Shown here: positions 24,701 through 36,955 of the stretch, in pieces
Position numbering within the stretch: the first letter of the stretch is position 1
Layout: every line of letters starts with the position of its first letter
DNA from: Macrostomum lignano
Lineage: Eukaryota
NCBI GenBank assembly: GCA_002269645.1
Contig: NIVC01003027.1
Span: 60,593 to 124,592 of the forward strand
Length of the DNA stretch: 64,000 bases
Direction of reading: 5' to 3'
Made by a program: the position numbers and the translations under genes
The notes under the pieces: generated by a model
The model's input: only the letters and a program-made list of their open reading frames with translations
Database searches by the model: none
Told to the model about the DNA's origin: nothing

Positions 24701-25507
24701 CGGCTGTTCAGTCCAAGGACTGGGGGGGGGGAGGGGGGTCACCGCACACACCCTCAATTACCCCAGCTAATGCTGGCACCCATTTTACAGCTGGGTGAAC
24801 TGAAGCAATGCATAGTTGAGTGTCTTGCTCAAGGACATAAATAGTTCTAGTGGGATCGGGAATCGAACCCCCGACCTTCAAGTTGTAAGTCCGACGCTCT
24901 AACCACTAGGCTACAACCCCTAAATAGTTGAGAGACTGCGATAACACTTTGACAATTCGATAGAACTGACTATTCTATATTTTAAAATATTTTGAATACA
25001 ATTATAAGCATAACTCGCAAAAAAATTCATACAGACCTGCACATCCACCCAGTCGGCAGGGATATGAATATTGCGCCGCGCAATAGCCTCTCGATCAAGC
25101 CGATGACTCAGTCGGCACTGCGCATCTCGTGGGCATTTCTTTCCTAGTGCAGTTGATGGACAGCAGTGCAAATTGGGACACTTGGCTGGTCCTAGACGAC
25201 ACTTGCCACGCCAATAGTGCGTGCAGGGTCGAACAAATGCTTGCCGAAGGATGTACCTGTGGCGCTGTGCCTCGCACTTTGGTGACAACTTTGGAAAATA
25301 GTGTTTCAATATATTCTCATTATGCATTGTCAGGGTTGAATGCGCCATTTTACAGTTGGACTCGGCTTTGCAATAGCCAGCCAGCCACCTTGAGCATATG
25401 TGGAGACTGCAGCACTGTTTATCCTTGCAAATTGCAGCATTCCTATACATTGAGCACAGTTGTAAACTTTTGGGAAAATGGGTGCCCTGTTGATGCTTAG
25501 GAGGCAT
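18770..25507 (-). CDS. ZAP(ZC3HAV1)/PARP12-like CCCH zinc-finger WWE protein, ~1171 aa; exons 25507-25037, 24486-24118, 23850-23434, 22413-21646, 21086-20617, 19790-18770
   Basis: Six exons join in frame through GT-AG introns (phases 0,0,0,0,2; 3516 nt). Three four-finger CCCH modules, e.g. [34 protein letters not shown] resembling the PARP12/ZAP N-terminal domain. Then ZnF5 ([18 protein letters not shown]), WWE1 (YLWQW...WQDV...EQLEAAFC) and WWE2 (WLWFF...W...KLEEAF...LRRRP). Confidence 0.82.
19900..20310. repeat. ~40-60 bp intronic minisatellite (CTCTCCTTACTGCTCTCTCATTGGCTGAGCTAGATTGGGCCTG)
   Basis: About 7 copies in intron 5 of the ZAP-like gene. Confidence 0.85.
21130..21540. repeat. 15-bp intronic minisatellite (CTGAGCTGTGGGATT)
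   Basis: Tandem copies in intron 4 of the ZAP-like gene. Explains ORFs 20920-21558 and 21132-21461. Confidence 0.9.
22430..23425. repeat. two adjacent intronic minisatellites (~49/34-bp GATGATGGCTGTGATGACGAG... unit at 22430-22880; ~23-32-bp ACAGCACAAAACAGCAATTACTG unit at 22905-23425)
   Basis: Fill intron 3 of the ZAP-like gene. Confidence 0.9.
23877..24020. repeat. 21-bp intronic minisatellite (ACTGACTATAGGGGAGCTTTC)
   Basis: About 6-7 copies in intron 2 of the ZAP-like gene. Confidence 0.9.
24613..24920 (-). mobile_element. tRNA-derived SINE with Deu/Nin-like central domain and (ATT)n tail
   Basis: Minus strand has A box TAGCCTAGTGG and B box GGTTCGATTCC in a tRNA-Val(TAC)-like head. 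Core TGTCCTTGAGCAAGACACT...CACCCAGCTGTAAAATGGGT, then an (ATT)n tail. Confidence 0.85.
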
Positions 25508-26954
25508 TGCTATGTAGATTGTTTATGTTTATAACTGAAAACATAAAGCAGTATTTATTATAATGGTGTAAAAGGTTAAGTAGTATTTTGCAAATGTGTT
25601 ATTTAATTTAACCAGGCCAATCAAAAGATTATTAAAAACAAAAATAAAAATGCATAGTTGAAAAAAATAGTTCTTTGTTTAGTGTAGCATTTCATTTTGA
25701 ATGTATAGAATACCACTAATTAAAATCATGAAAAATGACAAATTGAAATATGCTAAGAATATATAAGTATAGCACTTAGCCAATAATTTAGCTAGGTAAA
25801 GAGGCTACTAGACAAGGTAAGTCATAAAGTTATTGTTTTATACATCCATATCTGTGATAGATTCCAGAAAATATGGCTCAATTCTTTTTAAAAAACTTGA
25901 GCAATTTGACTTTTTTTCCATTATGGTACACGTGTAAGGCTTTTGAACTAATCCCACCATTAGGCTACCAAGTTGTGATAGGGGTATAAGATGATCTTAT
26001 TTCTGACCCAAAGTTGTTACAGTGGTCTACTACTCCTACTAGCCTACTTATATATCTTTTATGCATAAATAGAACTTATTAGCAGAGCATGTAGTATCTA
26101 CTATAGCATTTGTACTACTTGTATTTACTGGCCTGAGTGGCTATATGGCACTGTCTATCCTATTCCTATGTTCTATGTACTCCTATGAGGGGATTTCTCT
26201 GTTTGGGCATTTCTGAGATCAGAGGGTCATAGCTTCATTAGGTTTTTACTGCCTAGGACAATTCAATTTAAACTACTGAGCAATTTCTCACTTTTAGCAG
26301 GTTTCTATTCTTCCAATGTTAGGGTTTCTTGAAGGAATAAAAAGAAGAATTTCAATTGAAAACTTTCAATTGAAATAAGTTAATAACTAAAAGGCTCACA
26401 AATCACAAGCAAGGTTTTTGCTCTATCAGTTTTTGGTCTTCTATTTATACTGGCTAAAAAATCATTTTAAAACAAATTTACTTGTAGAATATTATTTGGA
26501 AACACTATAGTTGAACAAAATTGGGGCAGGAATTTAAATATAATTTCTAAGAAACTTTTCTAAGAAATTTTCTAAGGCAATTTTCTAAGAAACAGCAAAT
26601 TAGAATTGTAGCAAAACAGTTTTATACTATAAAAAGAATATAAAGAACATATTATATTGCATTACTGTGAAAAATGCACTACTTCATTAGAAGAAATTGA
26701 CAAAGAAAAGGAGTTTGGAATTGATGTAAAAATACAAAAAGAAATGCCAGGACCCTCTTATCTTATTAACAAATAAGACTAGAAGTAATACATAAGATAC
26801 ATATACTAGGGCCTAGTAAAACCACCTAGGCTAGAACACATTGCCAAAAATGCTACTAGAATGACCAGAACTGCTATCATCCAATCCCATCCCATCCCAT
26901 CTATCTATCTATCTTCTAATCTATCTATCTTCTAATCTAAATCTTCTAATCTAA

Positions 26955-27530
26955 ATATACTAAATCTCTAAGGTTTGTTTGTATGTTTGTCCATAACGCT
27001 CTAGAGATTGCAATTCTTCACCGATTTTCATCGCGTTTTCGCCAAAAGATTCGTAATCAGCCTGGGATTGTATGGTTAAAATTTCTTGTATCTGCTTCAA
27101 TGCTAAAGGGATTAAATATTCGAAAAACTGTTTTAAATGGGCGACTTCAATGTATTTTTTATCAACCTGCTCGCAGCGAGAGAATTTCACAGCCAATTTT
27201 AATGATTGCGCCAGAGCCAACTGATCAGAAAACTCAGTGAGCCCCACTGCCCAGATAATTACTTTATTTAAATTGCGCAACCATACCAGGGGTCAAAAAT
27301 AAAATTACTCTGAATGCTGGGCATATTCTAAAACTCTAATCTATGTCCATGTAAAACGCTCTACAGACTGCAATTCTTGACCAATTTTGATCGCGTTTTT
27401 GCCAAAACATTCAAAATTGTCTGAAAAGAAGACAGTTAAAATTTCTTGTAGGTGCTTTAATGTTAAAGGTATTAAATATTCGAAAAACGAGCTTTTCGAA
27501 TGCTTTTAATGAAAGGCCGAGCAAGGTTGA
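26955..27530 (+). mobile_element. non-autonomous Helitron-like repeat (two tandem partial copies)
   Basis: TATACTAAAT...GTTTGTTTGT...CCGATTTTCAT start, reminiscent of Lep1-type Helitrons. GCTAAAGG-ATTAAATATTCGAAAAAC is shared with 33899-34260. Confidence 0.5.
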
Positions 27531-27783
27531 ATTCTTGACTGGCTGAATTTTCATTCTAATTATAATTGCGCCACAACAGCGTTCTGCATATTCTCGCTAT
27601 AAACTGACTCTGAGCTTTTTAGGTGGACGCAGTGTGCCAAGCATTGCGCAAGCATTTAACTGCTCAGTGGCTGTGTGTGCATTCTTCTGACCCTGGCTGA
27701 ATGGCTCCATCAGAACCAAACCTGTGCACACTGAGCATGCCTAACACTGCTATGTATTTGACTGCAATGTCGAAGCATATATG

Positions 27784-30000
27784 TGATGTAACCACGCTCT
27801 GGTCGCGGGATAGGGCATGGGAACTTTTTCGAAAGTGCCTCCTATCCCGTGCACCCTCTGCACAGAGCTGTCGAGACTCGGCCAGGTCTCCGACCGGGCC
27901 TGGAGACTCCCGCTCTGCTGCACCCCTCCTGCTGCCTTGGTCCCGTCTCTCCTGCCGCCACACCTGCCTTTCCGGAGCCCCTACCCCTTTCTGTACCTCC
28001 CCCTCGACCCTATCTCTTCTGTTCCCGCCCTATTCTTCCTGTACTTTCTCTACCTCCTCCTTTTTTTTGTCTCCCTCTGCACTCTTTTCCTGCGCTGTCC
28101 CCTCTTTCCCTGTGTCTACTTACAGTACTTTGTGTGCTCACCGTCTCCCCATCCCCTCTCAAACTCCCAAACGGTGACGCAAGTCGTGTGACCCCTTCTC
28201 CCCCTCGGTGACTCATCGATGACTCATCCCCCTCTCTTGCGCAACCTTTTCTCACGCTATTGTTCTCCTTCCCAAATTTCTCATACGACACCCACCCCAC
28301 CTCCGCTTCTATTGTTCTCGTTTTTGATTCTTTTGTTCTCTCGACCCCCACCAATTATCACATTTTCTCCGATTTTCTCTTTCTTTTGTTCTCGTTTTCG
28401 CACCTAATTATCACCTTTTCTCCAATGTTTACTTTTCCATTGTTCTCAGTTTTCCCCAATTATCCCCGATTTCCAATTCCTTTGTTCTCGACCCCAGCCC
28501 TATTGTTCTCAATGTTTGCTTGCGCAACACTTTCGCGACCACCCGCTGCGCCAATTATCCCCCACCCCACCTCCGGATTGCGCAATTTCCCGATTTCTCA
28601 TGTTGCTATGCCGGTCTCATGCTTCTCATCATGACTCATTCTGACGTCATTCTGCCGGCAGCCAATCAGAGAGAGGGAGCCATGGTAACGACCTTGAGGA
28701 GGCGGCTGTGAGGTCTATAAAAGGAAGCGATTTCGGCATGAGAATACTCAACTGAGTTTATCTCTGTTCCTCTCCTCGTCCTTCTTTGGACTTGCTGTCA
28801 GATTGAGTTCTGACCCATTCGTCTATAAGACGAATCCCTGCCGGTCCGCGGTCTGTTACCGCCAAGTTATCCTTAGCTCCCCAAGTGAGCTCGCCTATCG
28901 GCCAGCGGTCTGATACCGCCCAGCATCATCAGCATCGCCTGATCTACATCAGCGCCTCGTCGCTCCAGCGCATCGCCGCTTCACCGTCTGCCTGACTGCA
29001 GCCTACAGCCGCCCTCGGTCACTCCGCCTCTCTCTCTCTCTGTGCAGCTGCCGGTAAGTTCCTGCTACTAATTTGTGCTCTAATTGCCTTTGCTTATCCG
29101 GGGTTTGCCTATTTTCCATTGTCTGATTAGAGAGCTGAGCCAATTGTGATACCGTATCTTTTGCTGTATTTTACTCAATAGTGAAGCCGCCTAATTGCCT
29201 GCTTATTTGCCTAAGGGCCTAATTATTAACTATTAACTAACTTCATCATTATTCAATCTTTCACCATCATTTCACTCATGGCTTGCTAAGCCTTTCCCCC
29301 GGGGTGGCAAAGCATAAGGAAGTTTGGGTAAGCTAATGGCCTCTCCCCGTGCACAGCCCGCCTGTGAGTGCGTGCTGCGGGGCCGCGTGTGCGTGCAGTA
29401 GAGGGATTAGCGAGTCTTGGCACAGAATGGCAGTAGGAAGGTTGCAACCCCATGCTAACGCGTCCCTTCGCCCTGAGCAATCTAAACTGTAGATAGTACA
29501 TGTTCGCCTCATACTACTCTTAGTAATCAAAGTCGCAAGTCAGCCTCGCTCACAGCCACAAAGGATCCCCTGCTGAGAAATCCTCCAGGATTGAGCCCAG
29601 AGTTCCCGATCATGCCCCAAGCAGAGTCCCTGTACTCGGCTGCATGCGTCTCCCCTGTTAGCCTAAATCCCCTGGTAACCAATCCAGGCGGGGCTCTAGC
29701 CTCGAGAGGTCTGGTAGAAAGATCCAGGTGCGCCAGGTCACATAGAGTGGTGGCAGCCACTCGGTCATACCATGACCGAGTGACCAACTATTGCACCTTG
29801 GCTACAGGTGGGGTCCATGTGGGTCCTTGGCCCTCTGGTCACGAAGCGCTACCAAAGCTACTAATCATGTGGGCGGGACAGTCTGGTGCTGGAGGTCCGT
29901 CAGGTCATTGCCCGGTCATAGGCAGCCTACGGTCATTGCCCCCTCTAGCCATGCGTTCGTCTCTCTACGGAGCGGACAGGCGACAAGGGCGGTTACATCA
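27784..30000 (+). mobile_element. long solo LTR (2217 bp), probably Ty3/Gypsy type
   Basis: TG...CA ends with inverted termini TGATGTAACC / GGTTACATCA and a perfect 4-bp TSD TATG (27780-83, 30001-04). Internal CCAATCAG and CTATAAAAGG near 28665-28722. No internal coding sequence. Confidence 0.7.
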
Positions 30001-31009
30001 TATGGCTGATTTTTGCGCCCTTCCATCAGTAGGCGGAATAGCCGCAGTGTAGGCACTAGGTCTAGGTTTAGGCTAGGCGTAAGGTCCCAGGTTCGAGTCC
30101 ACCTCGGTGGATAATTAAAACAAATTAATTCATTCATTTGTAGCTTGTGACTCGACTGAATATAACATTTTTTATTAATTTTAATTGCAACATTTTTTAT
30201 TAATGCAAATTAATTTTTGCTACTTGGCACAAGCCACTTATCAAATTTGATTTTAAAAAACTGCTTTGTGTATTACTGATCCCATCAATGAGTACTGCCT
30301 AGCTCCATGAAAGTATGAAATTGCTATTAAACTGCAGACTATTCTGCTAAAATTGCTTAAAGGTATTGCTAAATTTTGAGCTTTTTAAGAATGCCGATAT
30401 GAATTGAAAATTGATTAGTGAGCCGTAAAATGCTGAGCACATTTTTATATTATTGGAGATGAGAACTGCAGATGCTGAGGGGAACTGCAGATTGTCGAAG
30501 CTATCATTCATGCACAGTGGATACTTGCAGGCTGCTAAGAGTATGACTGCAGTCTGTTTGCGGGATTAGAAGTGATAGCTAATTTCAGGTTGTTGTGGAG
30601 ATAACTGCCGATTTCTGGGGGGAGGGGTTAACTTCAAACTGCTGAAGTTACTAAACCTCTTGAATAGTATAAGGCTTTTAGTAGAAGGTCGGAAGCTCGA
30701 GTCTGTAGTGAAGCAGCGAATTTATCTTTGTGACAATAATCATTGTTTCCTATGAGTATTCATGCAAATTTTTAGCATTTTCATTTTGTAGATACTTTTG
30801 CTGGGGCTACGCTAAGCTTTAAGAGCAGCGCTAATCGGGGAGAGCAGTGCTAATCTGATGTATAAAATAAAATAATAAATATGTAAGGGGATTACAAATC
30901 AACTTTAACCTGCAAGTTGACAAAGCATTTCATATGGTTTCGATTATCCAGAAACAATATGGCAATAAGCAAAGATTAGAGGCCATCTGCCCACTGATTG
31001 TGCAAAACA

Positions 31010-32060
31010 GTGCTGGTGAATCATTGCTAAACTGCTGGTGAAGCATTGTTAAACTGCTGGTGAAGCATTGCTAAACTGCTGGTGAACCAGTGCTGAAATG
31101 CTGGTGAACCATTGCTGAAATGCTGGTGAACCATTGCTAAACTGCTGGTGAAGCATTGTTAAACTGCTGGTGAAGCATTGCTGAAATGCTGGTGAACAAT
31201 AGCTAATGCAAACTGCTGGTGAAACATTGCTAAACTGCTGGTGAACCATTGTTGAAATGCTGGTGAACCATTGCTGAAATGCTGGTGAACCATTGCTAAA
31301 CTGCTGGTGAAGCATTGTTAAACTGCTGGTGAAGAATTGCTGAAATGCTGGTGAACAATAGCTAATGCAAACTGCTGGTGAAGCATTGCTAAACTGCTGG
31401 TGAACCATTGTTGAAATGCTGGTAAAGCATTGCTGAATGCTGGTAAACCATTGCTGAAATGCTGGTGAAGCATTGCTAAGCTGCTGGAGAACAATTGCTG
31501 AAATGCTGGTGAACCATTGCTGAATGCTGGTGAAGCATTGCTAAACTGCTGGTAAAGCATTGCTCAACTGCTGGTGAACCATTGCTGAAATGCTGGTGAA
31601 CCATTGCTAAACTGCTGGTGAACCATTGCTGAAATGCTGGTGAACCATTTCTGAAAGGCTGGTGAAGCTTTGCTCAACTGCTGGTGAACCATTGCTGAAA
31701 TGCTGGTGAACCATTGCTAAACTGCTGGTGAACCATTGCTGAAATGCTGGTGAACCATTTCTGAAAGGCTGGTGAACCATTGCTAAAACTGCTGGTGAAG
31801 CATTGCTCAACTGCTGGTGAACCATTGCTGAAATGCTGGTGAACAATAGCTAATGCAAACTGCTGGTGAAGCATTGCTAAACTGCTGGTGAACCATTGTT
31901 GAAATGCTGGTAAAGCATTGCTGAATGCTGGTAAACCATTGCTGAAATGCTTGTGAACCATTTCTGAAATGCTGGTGAAGCTTTGCTAAACTGCTGGTGA
32001 ACAATTGCTAAACTGCTGGTGAACCATTGCTGAAATGCTGGTAAACCATTGCTAAACTGC
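31010..32060. repeat. ~20-bp minisatellite (CTGCTGGTGAACCATTGCTGAAAT variants)
   Basis: Tandem copies. Explains the minus-strand ORFs at 31049-32161. Confidence 0.9.
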
Positions 32061-32979
32061 AGAAAGCTATGGTAAAATATTGTATTTTTTTTAATAAAAA
32101 CTTTTAAAGAGAAGAAAACACAACGCAAGAAAAAGCGAACAAGAATCATCATATCAATCATAAATGAAGCGCCCTGTCGAACGTAAAAGTCTCATCGGGA
32201 ATTGCTTAGACTGTTAAGACTGCTAAGACTATTGCTGCGAGCATAATGCTGGTATGGGAAATTGCTGTGATATCAAGACTCACGGTAGAATTTATAAGAT
32301 CTCAAGGCTCAGGGGGAATTGCTATAATTATGTTATTCTGGGGAGAATTGCTTTGATTTCAAGTATCATTTGTGAAATTGCTGAAATTAATTGTTGAAAT
32401 GCAAGTTCAAAGATATCAAAAGGTTAGTCACTCAATTTTCAGGCTCATGGGGAAATTGCTAACATTTCCAAAGCTCATTGGGGAATTGCTGAAATTCTAC
32501 TACAAGGGTTATGGTTTTGGTTCAATTATAGAGCGATCGTCGTGACAATCGTTAATGATCCATCGAGGAGTTGCTAAGATTAAATGCTCTTGGGGGAAAA
32601 CTTAAATGCTTTGGCTCTACTACGGGGAATTGCTGACAGGTCAAGGCTTTCGGTGAAATTCTGATTACAAAGCTTATTTATGAGGAAGTTACTTTAATGC
32701 TGAGGCTCAAGGCTTATGGTGGAAATTTCCAACACGCCAAGACTCACTTATGGGTTAGGGTGACCATTAATTAAAGACTTGTTTAGATATAATCAAAGTT
32801 CATTGTGGAATCGCTCTGTTGACAAAGGTCATAAAGAAATTGCTGAGTTATCAAGGCTTATAAGGATATTGCTGAATTCTTGGGAAAAGGGAGTTGGGTT
32901 GTTGGTATGTCAAGGCTTACTGCGCTGGTAGAATTGCGTGATGTCAAGGCTCGAGTTTAATTGCTGTGATGTCGAGGCT

Positions 32980-33365
32980 TAATGGGATAACTGCTGAGAT
33001 GTCAAGGCTTACTGGGGGAATTGCTGAGATGTCAAGGCTTACCGGGGGCAATTGCTGAGATCTCAGAGCTGTTGGGGGGAATTTCTGAGATCTCAAGGCT
33101 TACTAAGGGAATTGCTGATATGTCAAGGCTTACTGGGGAAATGCTGAGATGTCAAGTCTTACTGGGAATTGCTAAGATTTCAATGCTTACTGGGGGAAAG
33201 CTGAGATTTCAAGGCTTACTGGGGGAATTGCTGATATGTCAAGGCTTACTGGGGCAATTGCTGAGATCCCAAGGCTTACTGGGGGAATTTCTGATATGCC
33301 AAGGCTTACTGGGGGAATTGCTGAGATGTCAAGGCTTACAGGGGAATTGCTGATATGTCAAGGCT
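32980..33365. repeat. ~30-bp minisatellite (TGCTGAGATGTCAAGGCTTACTGGGGGAAT)
   Basis: Tandem copies, with degenerate relatives at 32200-32980, 36100-37100 and, inverted, at 17950-18220. Confidence 0.85.
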
Positions 33366-33898
33366 CATGGACGATGGCTGAATTTTGGGGGGGGGGGTTA
33401 CTAGGTTATTGGGCGATTGTCAGATAGTCAGGTAGTACGGCTCAAGTAGCTCATGTAATTCAGATAATGAAAAAGTACACAGAAGTGATGCTGATTTCTG
33501 CTAATAGGAAATACCAGCGCATTTATTAAAGGTTTTGATCCTTTGATTTAGGCTAATAAACAGAGAGGGTCTAAGGCCGTCAGGGATTTGCATTTTGAGC
33601 TCCTGCTGCGGATCAGAATATGCCCCGGCCAGTGACGATATTCACTAAGAGTTTGTGCTTGAACGGATAAGCACTATTTGCTGATTGAGAAAGGGTTTTG
33701 GGCTGATGAAGGAAACTTTGGCTAATGAAAGTTCTGATTCATGGCAACTTATTTTTTCAAACGTGAGAAAAGGTAATTTTTGATTAATGAAAATCAACAT
33801 TTTGGATAATTATAGTAAGGTTGCTGTTGTGCCAAAATAAAAACCAATTGGTGTCATTTTCAAGGCTCCCCAGAGGGGGGCTAAATGGCTAGTCCCAA

Positions 33899-34260
33899 TA
33901 TACTAAAAATGTGATGTTTGTTTGTTTGTACGCAATCGATTAGAGAAAAAATGGCTGGACCGATTTTCATGAGACTTGCACTGTTTGATCAGAAATTTTC
34001 CCGTGACGGTACATGCATCGTGGCTAAGAAATTGCTCGATGCTAAAGGCATTAAATATTCGAAAAACATGCTTTTTTGCAAAGGTCAAGCAAAGTTTTCG
34101 ACTTGAAATGCATTGTAAGAATGCTAGAGAAAAAACTGACTGGTTGAATTCTGATTCTGAAATAGATTGCATCATAACTGAATTTTAACTCCGACTTGAA
34201 TTGAAAATGCAGTGTGGAAGCGTAGCACCAGACTTGATTTAAATTGCGTAACCATATTGT
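33899..34260 (+). mobile_element. Helitron-like non-autonomous repeat (same family as 26955-27530)
   Basis: TATACTAAAAATGTGATGTTTGTTTGTTTG...CCGATTTTCATGAGAC and the shared GCTAAAGGCATTAAATATTCGAAAAAC. Confidence 0.5.
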
Positions 34261-34514
34261 TAACTGATACTGACTGACTGAGAAACTGATTATGTCATAA
34301 CTGCTTCGTGTGATTTACTCTATGCTTGGATTTAAAAGTGTTGAATTATATAAGTGCAAAATTTGATGTTATCAAAACGATGAGAGCTAGCCTAAAGGTG
34401 AACAAACTGAACTGCCAAATGCAGCGACGATGGTTCGAATTTTCATAGAGTATATTTTTTTAATTAAAGCTTTTCAACGTCAGGAAAACTAAAAGACTTT
34501 TTAAAAAGAATTGC

Positions 34515-36090
34515 GTCATGTAAAATCATAGAAGCGTCATGTAAAAATCAGAGAAGCGTCATGTAAAAATCAGAGAAGCGTCATGTAAAAATCAGAGAAG
34601 CGTCATGTAAAAATCATAGAAGCGTCATGTAAAAATCATAGAAACGTCATGAAAAAATCATAGAAACGTCATGAAAAAATCATAGAAGCGTCATGTAAAA
34701 ATCATTGAAGCGTCATGTAAAAAATCATAGAAGCGTCATGTAAAAATCAAAGAAACGTCATAAAAAAATCATAGAAGCGTCATGAAAAATCATAGAAGCG
34801 TCATATAAAAAATCATAGAAGCGTCATGTAAAAAATTATAGAAGCGTCATGTAAACAATCGTAGAAGCGTCATATAAAAATCATAGAAACGTCATGTAAA
34901 CAATCATAGAAGCGTCATGAAAAAATAATAGAAGCGTCATTTAAATAATCGTAGAAGCGTCATGCAAACAATCATAGAAGCGTCATGTAAAAATCATAGA
35001 AGCGTCATGAAAAAATAATAGAAGCGTCATTTAAAAATCATAGAAGCGTCATGAAAAAATAATAGAAGCGTCATATAAACAATTATAGAAGCGTCATGTT
35101 AAAATCATACAAGCGTCATGCAAACAATCATAAAAGCGTTATGTAAAAATAAAAAAAAGCGTCATGTAAAAAATCATAGAAGCGTCTTGTAAAAATCATA
35201 GAAGCGTCATGAAAAAATAATAGAAGCGTCATTTAAAAATCATAGAAGCGTCATGTAAACAATCATAGAAGCGTCATGTAAAAATCATAGAAGCGTCATG
35301 AAAAAATAATAGAAGCGTCATATAAACAATTATAGAAGTGTCATGTAAACAATCATAGAAGCATCATGCAAACCATAATAGAAGCGTCATGAAAAAATCA
35401 TAGAAGCGTCATGCAAACAATCATAGAAGCGTCATGTAAAAATCATAGAAGCGTCATGTAAAGAATCATAGAAGCGTCATGTAAACAATCGTAGAAGCGT
35501 CATATAAAAATCATAGAAGCGTCATGTAAAAAAATCATAGAAGCATCATTTAAAAAAGCATAGAAGCGTCATGTAAAAAATTATAGAAGCGTCATGTAAA
35601 AATCGGAGAAGCGTCATGTAAAAATCATAGAAGTGTCATGTAAAAAATCATAGAAGCGTCATGTAAACAATCATAGAAGCGTCATGAAAAAAAATAGAAG
35701 CGTCATGTAAAAATCATAGTAGCGTCATGTAAACAATCATAGAAGCGTCATGTAAACAATCATAGAAGCGTCATAAAAAAAAGAAGCGTCATGTAAAAAT
35801 CATAGTAGCGTCATGTAAAAAATCATAGAAGCGTCATGTAAACAATCATAGAAGCGTCATGCAAACAATCATAGAAGCGTTGTGTAAAAATCATAGAAGC
35901 GTCATATAAACAATCGTAGAAGCGTTGTGTAAAAATCATAGAAGCGTCATGAAAAAATCATAGAAGCCTCATATAAAAACTAATGAAAGTGTCATTAAAA
36001 AAATTAAGAAGCAAAATGGAAGAATATAAGAAGCGTCATGTAAAAATCAAAAGAAGCGTCATGTCAGACATGAAAGGTGTCATATAAAAA
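34515..36090. repeat. 22-23 bp AT-rich satellite (AATCATAGAAGCGTCATGTAAA), ~70 copies
   Basis: Direct tandem repetition, with a short relative at 37350-37445. Confidence 0.95.
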
Positions 36091-36893
36091 TTAAATGAAG
36101 CTATAGTACAGCACTGTTCTGGGGAGAATTACTGAGACGTCAAGGCTCACAGAGAATAACTGAGATTACAGGGGGGGGGCTCTGAGATGTCAAAGCAAAA
36201 GTCAGAAGCTACTTCAAAGTTCATGTACTTTACTCAATTTTTTAATTACATTCTTTGTTGGCTCGCCACGGGGGGGGGGGCGCTGATAGAAGCAGAGTCA
36301 TGTAAAAAATAAAAGTAGCACTATGTATACATAAAAGAAAAGTCATGTCGAAGTTAAAAGATTCATTTGGGAATTGCTACGATGTCAAAGCTTGGTGGAA
36401 ATCGTTATAGTGCTGTGATTCTTAAAGAAGGAATCACTAAAATTCCAAGGCTTAGGGGAGAAGAATTGCTGAGATTTCAAGGCTTTAGGTTGGGTTAAAG
36501 TTAGGTTTAGGTCAAGTGTGGGTTGAGGGTTATATTTTATCGGGTTTCAAGGTTAACAAGGGATTTTTTAGATTTCAAGATTTATGGGGGGCATCGCTGA
36601 CATGTCAAGGCTTACGGGGGGAATAGCTGAGATGTCAAGGCTCACGGGGGTATAAATAAGATTTCAAGGCTTAAGTCAGAAGCTACATGTAGTTTATTGA
36701 AAACTTTTTATTCCATTATTTGTTGACTCCTCAGGGCTCGCTGATAGAAAAAGCGTAATGTAAAAATAAAAGAAGCTTCATGTCAAAGTTAAGAGATTCA
36801 TTTGGGAATCCCTACGATGTCGAGGCTTGCAGGGAATCGCTATAATGCTGTAGTAGTGCTATAATGACTCAGAATTACTGAAAATTCAATGCT

Positions 36894-36955
36894 TTAGGGT
36901 TAGGTTAGGGTTAGGGTTAGGGTTAGGGTTAGGCTAGGGTTAGGGTTAGGGTTAG
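36894..36955 (+). repeat. interstitial (TTAGGG)n tract
   Basis: About 10 near-perfect TTAGGG units. Degenerate tracts also near 36490, 37220-37310 and 46650. Confidence 0.85.

Noticed and set aside
24850-24920. tRNA-Val(TAC) gene
   Set aside because: The T-stem and acceptor stem cannot both pair properly, and the sequence continues into a SINE core and tail.
33703-33740. Hammerhead-like CTGATGA-AG-GAAAC motif (a similar CTGAGGA-TGA-GAAA occurs near 10129)
   Set aside because: Stem II is absent and stem I pairs for only about 2 bp, so the fold is not supported.
34515-36090. CRISPR-like appearance of the regularly spaced repeats (also 334-1529, 59229-59417)
   Set aside because: Units are head to tail with no unique spacers, no cas genes are present, and the context is eukaryotic.
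36894-36955. TTAGGG tract as a chromosome end or telomere-targeting element
   Set aside because: Short, internal and embedded in degenerate satellite. No associated RT.
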